Shown here one piece after another: positions 14,913-24,167 of a stretch of 64,000 nt of DNA (positions are counted from its first letter, which is position 1; each line of letters begins with the position of its first letter). The notes under the pieces were generated by a model. It was given only the letters and a program-made list of their open reading frames with translations, searched no databases and was not told the DNA's origin. The stretch lies in the NCBI GenBank assembly GCA_946615965.1, contig CAMOIC010000002.1, forward strand, positions 860 to 64,859, written 5' to 3'. The position numbers and the translations under genes are program-made. The stretch comes from an uncultured Clostridia bacterium (GTDB lineage: Bacteria; Bacillota; Clostridia; Christensenellales; UBA3700).

Positions 14913-15680
14913 TTATAAATTTTCTGAATAAATTACATTAATTTCTTGTTCATCTGGAATATTTTGAACAATTATGTATCCAGAAGACTTTTCAAGATCA
15001 TTTAGTTTCATATATTTCGTATAAGCGTAATTGAAATAATCACCTAAAGCTAATGTGTTATTTTCTAGCACAAAAGTTACACCTGTATTTATTTGTAGGT
15101 ATATTTTGCCTAAATTTCCTTCACTTGCTTCTTCAAAAGTAATACTTGGAATCAAAGTAGCAAATCTTGCATTAACAAAAGAAAGACCTTCTGCCTCAGT
15201 AACAATATTTGAAAGCCAACCAATTTTACAGAAAGCGCCAAGTTGAACTGTATCAATCAATGTACCAGAAATGATTGTTACATAAGGATATTTAACTTCA
15301 GTAACAAGCTCTAAAACCTTTAGTTCTCTATCTAATAATGCATAAGAACCATCAGTTAAAGGCATAGCAAACTCTGGAGTTCTTTTTGAAACATTAATAC
15401 TTACTTTTGATGGAAATTTTCTCTCAATAGAAATTACTTTAACATAAGGATGTAATGATTCTATATTTGACATTGCCACATCTTCAGCCAAACTAAACAT
15501 ATTAGAATGCAAAACAATCTTACTATCTTCGATAATTTGAGCTTCTTCTGAAGCAGTTAAATGTAAATCAGATGTAGCCTCAACGGTAATAGAATTAACC
15601 ATAAATAACAAACTGGTAATAACAATCAATGCTATTACAGTAAAGATTACTATTAAAGAAACTAGAGCCTTTTTATTCAT
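14913..15680 (-). CDS. ftsQ: FtsQ/DivIB-like division protein
   Basis: N-terminal TM segment followed by POTRA-like VKVISIERKFPSKVSINVSKRTPEFAM. Located upstream of ftsA. Confidence 0.65.
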   Translation of the reverse strand: MNKKALVSLIVIFTVIALIVITSLLFMVNSITVEATSDLHLTASEEAQIIEDSKIVLHSNMFSLAEDVAMSNIESLHPYVKVISIERKFPSKVSINVSKRTPEFAMPLTDGSYALLDRELKVLELVTEVKYPYVTIISGTLIDTVQLGAFCKIGWLSNIVTEAEGLSFVNARFATLIPSITFEEASEGNLGKIYLQINTGVTFVLENNTLALGDYFNYAYTKYMKLNDLEKSSGYIIVQNIPDEQEINVIYSENL

Positions 15681-15801
15681 TTATACCCAATTTTCCTTAT
15701 TTATAAGAAATAAAGCTATTAGTTCTACCAACCAATAGCCTTACTCTAATCTACTTTTTAGTATCAAATCTCGGACATTTAATACTATTCTTCTTAATTA
15801 A

Positions 15802-16596
15802 TTAACCAAAGATTTCCCCTACTTTATCGCATAAACCATCAAACCAGTTTGTTGTTGTATCATATTCATAATCAACAACCTTAGCTGTTTTTTCTAATAC
15901 TTCAGAATTACCATTTTGATCTACAGTATAGTAAACTGTATCAGCTGAATATGCAGCAGTAGCAGCAGTAGCAGCGGATACTTCTGTAGCACCTGTAGCA
16001 GCAACAACATTTACGATAATTAAAGTTGCGCATACAGCAATAATAAAGAAGTAAACTGCGATAAGTAACTTTGTCATCTTATTCTTTGATCTACTCTTTT
16101 GTGGAGCAATCTTTTCATACTCTGGAGCATAAACAGCTTGATCCATTGAAGAATATTGATATGAAGCTACGTTATTTTGTGCTTGAGCGTAATAGTTTTG
16201 AGCTTGATATCCTGTTGTATATGTTGGTTGATAAGTATTTGCATAATTATATGTAGGTGCTTGATATCCAGCATTAAATGTTGGTTCTGCATATGTAGCA
16301 TTGTTAGCATATGTTTGATAATTTTGAGCTTGTTGATATGAAGGTGCTTGTTGATATGAATTAACTTGTTGATTCATATATTGAGCTTCATAGTTGTTAA
16401 CAGGAGCTACATTATCGCTAACTGGTGCTTGCATATAAATATCATTTGGCACTTGATATGTAGATCTAATATTAGGAGTATAGTTTGGAACTTCTGAGTA
16501 ATTAGATACTCTACCAGAATATGCTGAATATGAATTGTATTGAGGAACTGATGTTTCTCTTCTTTGAACTCTATCAATTGTTGTTGATTCGTACAT
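15802..16596 (-). CDS. Q/N/Y-rich single-pass membrane protein in the FtsL/PBP slot of the dcw cluster
   Basis: 264 aa. About 165 aa of low complexity (NYEAQYMNQQVNSYQQAPSYQQAQNYQTY...), one TM (LLIAVYFFIIAVCATLIIVNVV) and a roughly 65-aa C-terminal ectodomain. Confidence 0.5.
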   Translation of the reverse strand: MYESTTIDRVQRRETSVPQYNSYSAYSGRVSNYSEVPNYTPNIRSTYQVPNDIYMQAPVSDNVAPVNNYEAQYMNQQVNSYQQAPSYQQAQNYQTYANNATYAEPTFNAGYQAPTYNYANTYQPTYTTGYQAQNYYAQAQNNVASYQYSSMDQAVYAPEYEKIAPQKSRSKNKMTKLLIAVYFFIIAVCATLIIVNVVAATGATEVSAATAATAAYSADTVYYTVDQNGNSEVLEKTAKVVDYEYDTTTNWFDGLCDKVGEIFG

Positions 16597-16610
16597 ATTC
16601 TAACCCTCCT

Positions 16611-17543
16611 TTATACTCTTTCTACGATTCTTAGCTTTGCGCTTTGAGATCTACTGTTATTTTCTAATTCTTCTTCTGAAGGAAGAATTGGATGTCTTGT
16701 TATAATTTCTACTTCCTTTCTCTTGTTACATGTACAGATAGGTTGATTTGGTGGACAGATACAATCTTTTTCTAAATATTGGAAAGTTTGTTTAGCGATT
16801 CTATCTTCTAGCGAGTGGAATGTTATAACACATAACCTACCGCCAACATTTAATCTTAAAGCAAACTCTTCTAACGCTTCAGATAAACCTCTAAGTTCAC
16901 CATTTACTTCAATTCTTATTGCTTGGAAAGTTCTCTTACAAGGATTTCCACCTTTCCATCTCAATTTTGCAGGATATGAATTTAATACTATATCTGCAAG
17001 TTGAAGTGTTGTTTTAATTGGAGCTTTTTCTCTTTCTTTAACAATGTTAAAGGCGATTCTTCTAGATAATTTGTCTTCACCATATTTATAGATAACATCT
17101 GCTAGTTCTTTTTCTGAATAAGTATTTACTACATCGTAAGCAGATAATGTTTGAGATTGATCCATTCTCATATCAAGAGGCGCATCTGCATTATAAGAAA
17201 AACCTCTTTCACTGTTATCTAATTGATAAGAAGAAACTCCTAAATCTAAAAGCACTCCATCAATCTTATCTATATTGTATTTTTCAAGGTGCGATAGCGA
17301 ATTTTTAAAATCATCATGTATATAGATTATCTTATCGCTATATTCTTCAAGTCTTTTGCTAGCAGCAGCTAATGCTTGTTCATCTTTATCAACTGCTATC
17401 AATTTACCTGTTGTTAATCTTTTTACTATTTCACTTGAATGGCCACCGCCTCCAAGAGTTCCATCGAGATATATTCCATTAGGCTTAATATTTAATCCCT
17501 CGATACATTCATTAAGCATTACAGGGACATGTTTGAATTCCAT
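16611..17543 (-). CDS. rsmH: 16S rRNA (cytosine1402-N4)-methyltransferase
   Basis: [10 protein letters not shown]...[10 protein letters not shown]...FHSLEDR. 310 aa. Confidence 0.95.
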   Translation of the reverse strand: MEFKHVPVMLNECIEGLNIKPNGIYLDGTLGGGGHSSEIVKRLTTGKLIAVDKDEQALAAASKRLEEYSDKIIYIHDDFKNSLSHLEKYNIDKIDGVLLDLGVSSYQLDNSERGFSYNADAPLDMRMDQSQTLSAYDVVNTYSEKELADVIYKYGEDKLSRRIAFNIVKEREKAPIKTTLQLADIVLNSYPAKLRWKGGNPCKRTFQAIRIEVNGELRGLSEALEEFALRLNVGGRLCVITFHSLEDRIAKQTFQYLEKDCICPPNQPICTCNKRKEVEIITRHPILPSEEELENNSRSQSAKLRIVERV

Positions 17544-17544
17544 A

Positions 17545-18033
17545 TTATAAACCTATAACGATGTCATCAAGACCTGTTCTTTCAGCATCTGCCTCATCCT
17601 TTAACCATTGTTCTTCAAGTTCTAGGCAATCTGCTTCATAATCAGCTTTGTTCCAAACTTGGATTTGAGAACCAGCACCGATCATCAATATCTCTTTACC
17701 AATATGTAAATCTCCCATTTGTTTAGAAGAGATGATAAATCTACCTTGTGTATCTACCTTGCTAGCTTCAATTCTAGATAAATAATATCTTGCAATCTTA
17801 GACTCGCGAGTCTCTGTTAATACCATCTTGCTTTGTAATTGATCGATTAACTTATCTGCTACACTCTTTGGAAGAATTGTTAAGAATTTGGAATTTAGTG
17901 TCTTTAAAATATAAACTTCTGAAACTTCATCAGTTGTAGATGCATAACATTCTCTGTACTTCGCTGGAAATCTAAAACGATTCTTATCGTCAGCTGTTAA
18001 CTCTACAGAACCTGAGAATCTAAACTCGCTCAT
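17545..18033 (-). CDS. mraZ: Transcriptional regulator MraZ
   Basis: Two SpoVT/AbrB-like halves ([13 protein letters not shown] and [12 protein letters not shown]). First gene of the dcw cluster. Confidence 0.9.
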   Translation of the reverse strand: MSEFRFSGSVELTADDKNRFRFPAKYRECYASTTDEVSEVYILKTLNSKFLTILPKSVADKLIDQLQSKMVLTETRESKIARYYLSRIEASKVDTQGRFIISSKQMGDLHIGKEILMIGAGSQIQVWNKADYEADCLELEEQWLKDEADAERTGLDDIVIGL

Positions 18034-18063
18034 ATCAACCCCTCCTTATTTATCGTCACATTC

Positions 18064-18092
18064 ATTATAATAAAGATTTTCGCAACTGTCAA
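18064..18092 (-). promoter_or_regulatory. Consensus sigma-A promoter of mraZ
   Basis: Minus strand TTGACA (18092-18087), exactly 17 nt, TATAAT (18069-18064), about 30 nt upstream of the GGAGGGG RBS. Confidence 0.65.
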
Positions 18093-18195
18093 TATTATTT
18101 TCCATTTTTTTCCACCATTTTTTCAAAAATTTTAAAATTGCCATTTTTTCGCCTTATGTGTCGATAATATAGTGGTTTAACCCCTGTTTACTGAG

Positions 18196-18224
18196 TTATC
18201 CACATAGTTATCCACATTTCCACA
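18196..18224 (+). promoter_or_regulatory. DnaA-box cluster (two perfect boxes, one degenerate)
   Basis: TTATCCACA at 18196-18204 and 18208-18216, then ATTTCCACA at 18216-24. About 105 nt upstream of the mraZ -35. Confidence 0.5.
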
Positions 18225-18298
18225 TTAGAATTATTTTTTCTAGAATTACCAATTGGTGGAGCAAAGTGGAAAATATGCTTTTATTCTATAGAATAACG

Positions 18299-18328
18299 AA
18301 AAAAAAATCAACCCTTTTCAGAGTTGAT
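18299..18328 (-). terminator. Intrinsic terminator after the metallophosphoesterase gene
   Basis: Minus strand AUCAAC-(10 nt)-GUUGAU followed by a U8 run. Confidence 0.5.
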
Positions 18329-18350
18329 TGAAAAATAATTTTCCATAAGT

Positions 18351-19049
18351 TTATTCTTCGTAAATTGTAACCAAGTGGTGATCCACTTGATCGCAAGCTG
18401 TTAAATAGTAATCTATTCCATTGATGTTTTTGTATGGGAATGTTTTACAAACATCACCGTGCAAATGACCATAAACAACCTTATCGATTTTATGCTCTTC
18501 AAAAAGTTTTGTGAATTCGTTTTCTTGGTAAGATAAATCGAATGGTGGAAAATGAAGCATACAGATTACTCTATCTCCTTCCTTTCTTTCCTTCTCCATT
18601 GCTTCTAAAGACAAATTCAATCTTGGTATTTCATGCTTTTGCAAAATTCTCTTATCTTCTTCAGTGGCATTTGGGTAAACGTTCCAAAGTCTTGTTCCGC
18701 ACACAAGCACGTCATTAAAACGCAAGCAATTATTATAAAGTGGGATAATATTTTTTGGAAGCCAAGCTTTCATCTTAGCCATTGATGACCACCAATAATC
18801 ATGATTACCTTTGCCAATAACAATCGTTCCTGGCAATGCAGCCAATGCATCAATGTCTGCTTTAGATTCTTCAAAGTTATTTCCCCATGAAATATCCCCA
18901 GCAACAAGAACTATATCGTCCTTAGTTACTTTCTTTTTCCAATCCTCACAGATAATATCCCAATAATTATTCCAGTGTTCACCAAAAATTGTCATTGGTT
19001 TATTTACAGTGAAAGATAAATGCGGATCACTAATTGCAAAAACCTTCAT
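18351..19049 (-). CDS. Metallophosphoesterase (calcineurin-like)
   Basis: Motifs ISDPHL, GDISW, GNHDYWW, HFPP and GHLHG. Confidence 0.8.
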   Translation of the reverse strand: MKVFAISDPHLSFTVNKPMTIFGEHWNNYWDIICEDWKKKVTKDDIVLVAGDISWGNNFEESKADIDALAALPGTIVIGKGNHDYWWSSMAKMKAWLPKNIIPLYNNCLRFNDVLVCGTRLWNVYPNATEEDKRILQKHEIPRLNLSLEAMEKERKEGDRVICMLHFPPFDLSYQENEFTKLFEEHKIDKVVYGHLHGDVCKTFPYKNINGIDYYLTACDQVDHHLVTIYEE

Positions 19050-19347
19050 GCCTCTATTTTATGTTAAGCGCGATTACAAACGCAATTATAATTTTTATCT
19101 TGATCTAACTTTGCGCAATATATTTTAAATATTATCTGAACGAACAACGCGCTAAGTATTATCGAAACAAATTCACGCGGAAGATTTTAATAATATCTTG
19201 ATCAAGAATCAGGCGCGCAAATATTAAAATCAAGAATATGTAATGATAAATTACGCATATAGAAATTAATGACATGTATTTTAAATATCTATTAGTTAGT
19301 CTTTTATTGCGTACATATAGGCATACGCAAAATCAACATGTACATGC

Positions 19348-19377
19348 AAAAAAATACGCGCATCAAGAATGCGCGTA
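19348..19377 (-). terminator. Intrinsic terminator after engB
   Basis: Minus strand UACGCGCA-UUCUUGA-UGCGCGUA followed by U7. Confidence 0.7.
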
Positions 19378-19409
19378 ATTCAACACATCCGCAAATTATT
19401 ACACATGTA

Positions 19410-20015
19410 TTATATTTCGCGATTTTTATTAAAATTATTAATTAGAGTTTCGATTTTTTCAAGAACTAGTTCCTTCCCTGTTTTATTCAAAGATGAGGTT
19501 GGAACAATCTCTGATTTATCTTTATTGAAAGCTTTAGATATTATATCTAATTGCTTGTTCATTTGAGCTCTAGATAACTTATCTGATTTTGTAGCAATAA
19601 TAAAGTATGGCTTTCCGTAATGCTCTAAATAAGCTGCCATATGTAAATCCAAAGGAGATGGATCATGTCTAATATCTACTAAAAGAGCTACTCCAGCAAG
19701 TTCCAAAGATGTTGTTAAGTAAGAACCAATCAACTTATCCCATGAATCTTTATCCTCTCCGCCAACTTTAGCAAATCCATATCCTGGAAGATCAACAAGC
19801 ATAAATGATTTATTTAATTCAAAGTAATTAATTAATCTTGTTCTACCTGGTATTGAAGACGTTTTTGCAAGCGATTTATTATTCGCGATAAAATTAATAA
19901 ATGATGACTTTCCAACATTAGATTTTCCAGCAATTGCAATCTCTGGTTTTCCAAAGTCTTTCATCTGAGAAATTTGTCCTATACTTGTTACAAAAACTGC
20001 TTGTTTAATTTCCAT
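19410..20015 (-). CDS. engB: Ribosome biogenesis GTPase YihA/EngB
   Basis: MEIKQAVFVTS...EIAIAGKSNVGKSSFIN...DLPGYGFA...TKSDK. I prefer the start at 20015 over the track start at 20072. Confidence 0.9.
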   Translation of the reverse strand: MEIKQAVFVTSIGQISQMKDFGKPEIAIAGKSNVGKSSFINFIANNKSLAKTSSIPGRTRLINYFELNKSFMLVDLPGYGFAKVGGEDKDSWDKLIGSYLTTSLELAGVALLVDIRHDPSPLDLHMAAYLEHYGKPYFIIATKSDKLSRAQMNKQLDIISKAFNKDKSEIVPTSSLNKTGKELVLEKIETLINNFNKNREI

Positions 20016-20123
20016 TTTTACCTCAACAAAAGTAGTATAACATAAAGTATTAAAAATACCAAACTGTGACAAAACAAATTAGATTTATCTAATTTAATTA
20101 ATTATTAAGCAAAGTGTGACAAC

Positions 20124-20158
20124 AAAAAAAATAGTCCTGGAACTTGTAATTCCAGGAC
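20124..20158 (-). terminator. Intrinsic terminator after clpX
   Basis: Minus strand GUCCUGGAA-UUACAAG-UUCCAGGAC followed by U8. Confidence 0.75.
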
Positions 20159-20176
20159 CAAATTATCACAATTTTT

Positions 20177-21415
20177 CTAGGCTGATTTTTTAGTAATTTC
20201 AGGCTTATTTTTCTTTAAAATTACATCCTTTGTGATGTGTATTTTTTCAATAGAATCATCAGATGGAATATCATACATTAGGTTAAGCATAATGCCTTCC
20301 AAAATTGATCTTAATCCTCTTGCGCCAGTGTTTAATTTAATAGCTTGTTTTGCAACCTCTCTTAAGGCATCGTCATCAAATTCAACATCTACGCCATCCA
20401 TCTTAAATAACTTCTTATATTGCTTGATTGTAGCGTTCTTTGGTTGTGTTAAAATGCTTATTAAAGCTTCTTCAGACAACGCATCAACACCTACTACAAT
20501 TGGAAGTCTTCCAACGAACTCTGGAATTAAGCCGAAATTGATTAAATCCTCTGGAGTAATCTCTGAGATTAACTTAGAGTAATTAGCAGGCTCATTTGAG
20601 GCTAAAGTAGCTCCAAATCCCATTGAGTGACCATGAGCTCTATTATCTATAATCTTGTCAATGCCTACAAATGCACCAGCACAGATGAATAAGATATTAG
20701 TTGTATTGATTTGAATACATTCTTGTTGTGGATGCTTTCTTCCGCCTTGTGGTGGAACTGAAGCTGTAGTAGATTCAATAATCTTTAATAAAGCTTGTTG
20801 AACACCTTCGCCACCTACATCACGTGTAATAGATGTATTCTCACCTTTCTTAGCAATCTTGTCGATTTCATCGACATATACAATTCCAAGTTCAGCTCTC
20901 TTTACATCACCATCAGCAGCTTGTATTAATTTTAGAAGAATATTTTCTACATCATCACCTACATAACCTGCTTCTGTAATTGTAGTAGCATCAGCAATAG
21001 CAAATGGAACGTTTAATATCCTTGCTAATGTCTTAGCAAGTAATGTCTTACCACAGCCTGTAGGTCCTAAAACAAGGATATTAGATTTATCTAAATCTAC
21101 ACCATCGTCTGACTTACTATTGATTCTCTTATAGTGATTATATACAGCTACAGATAAAACTTTCTTAGCTTCGTCTTGACCAACGATATATTCGTCTAAT
21201 TTTTCTTTAATTTCCTTTGGCTTTAATAATTGTAAACCATCTTTCTTTTTATCTTCTTCCATGTCTAATTCGTCAGCCTTAATCATGTCAGCACAGAATT
21301 TAACACAAGAATCACAAATGCAAAGATCGTTTGCACTATTTTGGAACATTCTATTTACTTCACTTTCTGACTTACCACAGAATGAACATCTTTTTTCTTT
21401 TAATAAATCTGACAA
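20177..21415 (-). CDS. clpX: ATP-dependent Clp protease ATP-binding subunit ClpX
   Basis: N-terminal C4 zinc finger CSFCGK...[20 protein letters not shown]. Confidence 0.95.
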   Translation of the reverse strand: MSDLLKEKRCSFCGKSESEVNRMFQNSANDLCICDSCVKFCADMIKADELDMEEDKKKDGLQLLKPKEIKEKLDEYIVGQDEAKKVLSVAVYNHYKRINSKSDDGVDLDKSNILVLGPTGCGKTLLAKTLARILNVPFAIADATTITEAGYVGDDVENILLKLIQAADGDVKRAELGIVYVDEIDKIAKKGENTSITRDVGGEGVQQALLKIIESTTASVPPQGGRKHPQQECIQINTTNILFICAGAFVGIDKIIDNRAHGHSMGFGATLASNEPANYSKLISEITPEDLINFGLIPEFVGRLPIVVGVDALSEEALISILTQPKNATIKQYKKLFKMDGVDVEFDDDALREVAKQAIKLNTGARGLRSILEGIMLNLMYDIPSDDSIEKIHITKDVILKKNKPEITKKSA

Positions 21416-21417
21416 AT

Positions 21418-22014
21418 TTAACCTCTCTTTGTATAAACCTTATCAATTAAACCATAAGCTAAAGCTTCATCTGCAGATAAGAAATTATCTCTATCTGTAT
21501 CAGCTAATACCTTATCGTATGGTTGATTACAATTTTCTGATAAGATTCTTGTCATCTTTTCTTTTGTTTTTTGAATATGATTTGCTGTAATAACAATATC
21601 TGAAGCTTGACCTTGAGCACCACCTAATGGTTGATGAATCATAACTTCACTGTTTGGTAAAGCAAATCTCTTTCCCTTTGTACCGCTAGATAATAGGAAT
21701 GCAGCCATAGAAGCAGCAAGACCAATGCAAACTGTAGATACATCACATTTAATGAAATTCATTGTATCGTAGATTGCCATACCTGCAGATACAGATCCAC
21801 CAGGAGAATTGATATATAATACGATATCCTTGTCTGAATCTTTACTTTCTAGATATAAAAGTTGAGCTACGATCGTATTTGCCATAGCATCATCAATTTC
21901 TCCAGATAAGAAGATAATTCTATCTTCTAATAATCTTGAATACAAATCATATGATCTTTCACCAGCACTTGTTTTTTCAACAACATATGGTATTAATGTA
22001 CTATTCTTTTCCAT
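21418..22014 (-). CDS. clpP: ATP-dependent Clp protease proteolytic subunit
   Basis: [29 protein letters not shown]..., GLAASMAA (Ser), MIHQP (His). I prefer the start at 22014 behind GGAGGA. Confidence 0.95.
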   Translation of the reverse strand: MEKNSTLIPYVVEKTSAGERSYDLYSRLLEDRIIFLSGEIDDAMANTIVAQLLYLESKDSDKDIVLYINSPGGSVSAGMAIYDTMNFIKCDVSTVCIGLAASMAAFLLSSGTKGKRFALPNSEVMIHQPLGGAQGQASDIVITANHIQKTKEKMTRILSENCNQPYDKVLADTDRDNFLSADEALAYGLIDKVYTKRG

Positions 22015-22099
22015 TTCCTTATCCTCCAATAATATACATAAAGGCGCCATTAGAGATTTCTCTAAAATGACGCCAAAATATCTATTTAAAACTTAAAAT

Positions 22100-23386
22100 T
22101 TATTTAATTGTATTGTTGTTCTTTAAGTATTCAAATAACTTTGTTGTTGCGATATCATTACGGATGTAATTTCTGTATTCTTCATTTACATTCTTCTTGA
22201 AATCTTCAACTTCCATCTTAGCGTTTTTAGCCATATCTGCGATTGTGTTTTCTACATCTTCATCAGATACTGGAACTTCTACCTTCTTCATAATTGCTTC
22301 AACAACTAATCTATATAGAACGTTCTTCTTTGCTGTATCTTTGTATTGTTCAGCTAGCTTTTCCTTTGATGTGTTCATGAACTTGTAATAATCTTCAGCC
22401 TTCATACCTCTGTACATTAAGCTGTATTCAAATTCCTTAACCATTTCTTCAGCTTGTCTCTTAATCATAGCTTCTGGAATATCTACTGTACATCCTTCAG
22501 CAATCTTAGCGATCATATCGTTTTCAAGCTTTTCTTCAGCTGCCTTTTCCTTTTCTTTCTTTAGGTTTTCCTTGATATCTGCTTCGTATTCAGCAACTGT
22601 ATTGAATTCTGAAACGTCCTTAACGAATTCATCATCATACTTTGGTAAAACCTTATGAGAGATTTCATGTAGAACGATTGTAAATACAGCCTTCTTACCA
22701 GCAAGTTCCTTAGCACCATAATCTTCTGGGAAAGTAACCTCGATATCCTTTGTATCGTTGATGTTCATACCAACAACACCATCTTCGAATCCTGGGATGA
22801 ATTGGCCAGCACCTAATTCAAGAGGTTGCTTTTCAGCTGTACCACCTTGGAACTTAACGCCATCGATAGCACCTGAATAATCGATAATAACCTTATCTCC
22901 ATTAGCACAAGCTCTATCTGTAACGTTTTCCCAAGCACCAGCTTGTTCAATAGCCTTATCTACTTCAGCCTTAACTTCTTCAGCCTTAACTGTTGTCTTA
23001 TCTTTCTTAAATTCAAGTCCTGTGTAAGCACCTAATGTAACTGTTGGTTTGCATTGTACTGTGCATGTGAACTTTAATGTTGCATCTGAAATAGCATCAA
23101 TTGAAACTTCTGGAGAATCAACTGGGAATACTTCCTTTTCAGCATCCATAGCTTTTTCATATTCTTTTTGCATAATATCGTCTAAAGCTTCATCATATAT
23201 AACTCCAACACCATAAACCTTTTCAACCATCTTTCTTGGTGCATGTCCTGGACGGAATCCTTCAATCTTACATTTTCCTTTAATCTTGTTGTAAGCTCTA
23301 TCTTGAGCATCAGCCCAATCCTTAGAATCTACATCAAATACAAACTTTACTTTATCTTTTTCAAGTAATTCTTTTGTGTAACTCAT
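22100..23386 (-). CDS. tig: Trigger factor
   Basis: 428 aa. GFRPGHAPRKMVEKVYG ribosome-binding signature and a central FKBP-type PPIase (FIPGFEDGVVGM). Confidence 0.9.
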   Translation of the reverse strand: MSYTKELLEKDKVKFVFDVDSKDWADAQDRAYNKIKGKCKIEGFRPGHAPRKMVEKVYGVGVIYDEALDDIMQKEYEKAMDAEKEVFPVDSPEVSIDAISDATLKFTCTVQCKPTVTLGAYTGLEFKKDKTTVKAEEVKAEVDKAIEQAGAWENVTDRACANGDKVIIDYSGAIDGVKFQGGTAEKQPLELGAGQFIPGFEDGVVGMNINDTKDIEVTFPEDYGAKELAGKKAVFTIVLHEISHKVLPKYDDEFVKDVSEFNTVAEYEADIKENLKKEKEKAAEEKLENDMIAKIAEGCTVDIPEAMIKRQAEEMVKEFEYSLMYRGMKAEDYYKFMNTSKEKLAEQYKDTAKKNVLYRLVVEAIMKKVEVPVSDEDVENTIADMAKNAKMEVEDFKKNVNEEYRNYIRNDIATTKLFEYLKNNNTIK

Positions 23387-23525
23387 CGTTATTCTCCTTT
23401 ACACTTTATATAATATATAAATTATTTTGCAAGAAGTATTATAACAAAGTAAATACACTTAGGCAAGAAAAAAGTATTATTGCTACACGCAAATATAAAT
23501 AATATATTTTAACAACTATGGAAAC

Positions 23526-23822
23526 CTATTCGTCAGGCTGAGTAGACAAAAATTCAAACCATTCTTTTAACGTAAACTTCTCAACGCCTTCTATATGTAC
23601 AGCAATATTTAAATTTCTTTGTAACCATGCAACATCTTTTGGATTATCACTATCATAAACATCAACATCTACATCTTTCTTTAGCATTAATAATGCAAAG
23701 AACCACATACTCCTTTCTTTTTTAGAATATGCTTTTTCATACTCATCCTTATTCGTATAATCATACTTAGAAAGAACATTTGTTACATATTTTTTATCTA
23801 TATTAATTTTCATATTTACCAC
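23526..23822 (-). CDS. Hypothetical protein (98 aa)
   Basis: Supported only by the open frame. No motif recognised. Confidence 0.3.
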   Translation of the reverse strand: MVNMKINIDKKYVTNVLSKYDYTNKDEYEKAYSKKERSMWFFALLMLKKDVDVDVYDSDNPKDVAWLQRNLNIAVHIEGVEKFTLKEWFEFLSTQPDE

Positions 23823-24113
23823 TTAAAATTTTATAATTTTAAACTACAAACATAGTTCATACTTCTAATATAATACAACCTCTTATAAATGGGAAGTAGG
23901 CATCTAAGGGAAAATAGATGCCTACGAAAAGAGAGTGTAGTATAAGCAATTTTAGTGCGTTAATTATTTTGGAGCCTATACCAACCTATTTTTGGGTCGT
24001 TTTGTATCCGGAATTACATTAATTTTTACTTACATTTCAATTATAATTTCTCAAGCATAAAGTAAACATAATCCTAGCATAAAATAAACATAAATTTTTA
24101 AAGTATGTGTTTA

Positions 24114-24144
24114 TAAAAATAGGATAAGCACTATCGCTTACCCT
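24114..24144 (-). terminator. Intrinsic terminator after the alpha/beta-hydrolase gene
   Basis: Minus strand AGGGUAAGC-GAUAGU-GCUUAUCCU (one G.U) followed by AUUUUUAU. Confidence 0.6.
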
Positions 24145-24167
24145 ACAAAATTTTATATCAAAAATCA

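Noticed and set aside
18196-18224. Chromosomal replication origin (oriC) at either DnaA-box cluster (18.2 kb or 57.36 kb)
   Set aside because: No dnaA, dnaN or rpmH is nearby. Genes on both sides of each cluster keep the same (minus) orientation, so there is no strand-bias switch. I could not identify an adjacent AT-rich unwinding element distinct from the generally AT-rich background. The clusters are kept only as DnaA-box clusters or regulatory sites.
18100-18230. MraZ operator repeats (GTGGA / ATGG repeats upstream of the mraZ promoter)
   Set aside because: GTGGA cores occur, several of them simply as the reverse complement of the DnaA boxes. However, spacings are irregular (8, 12 and 13 nt) rather than the regular direct-repeat spacing described for MraZ sites. 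The same module also occurs upstream of purL, where MraZ is not expected. I cannot distinguish the two readings without binding data.
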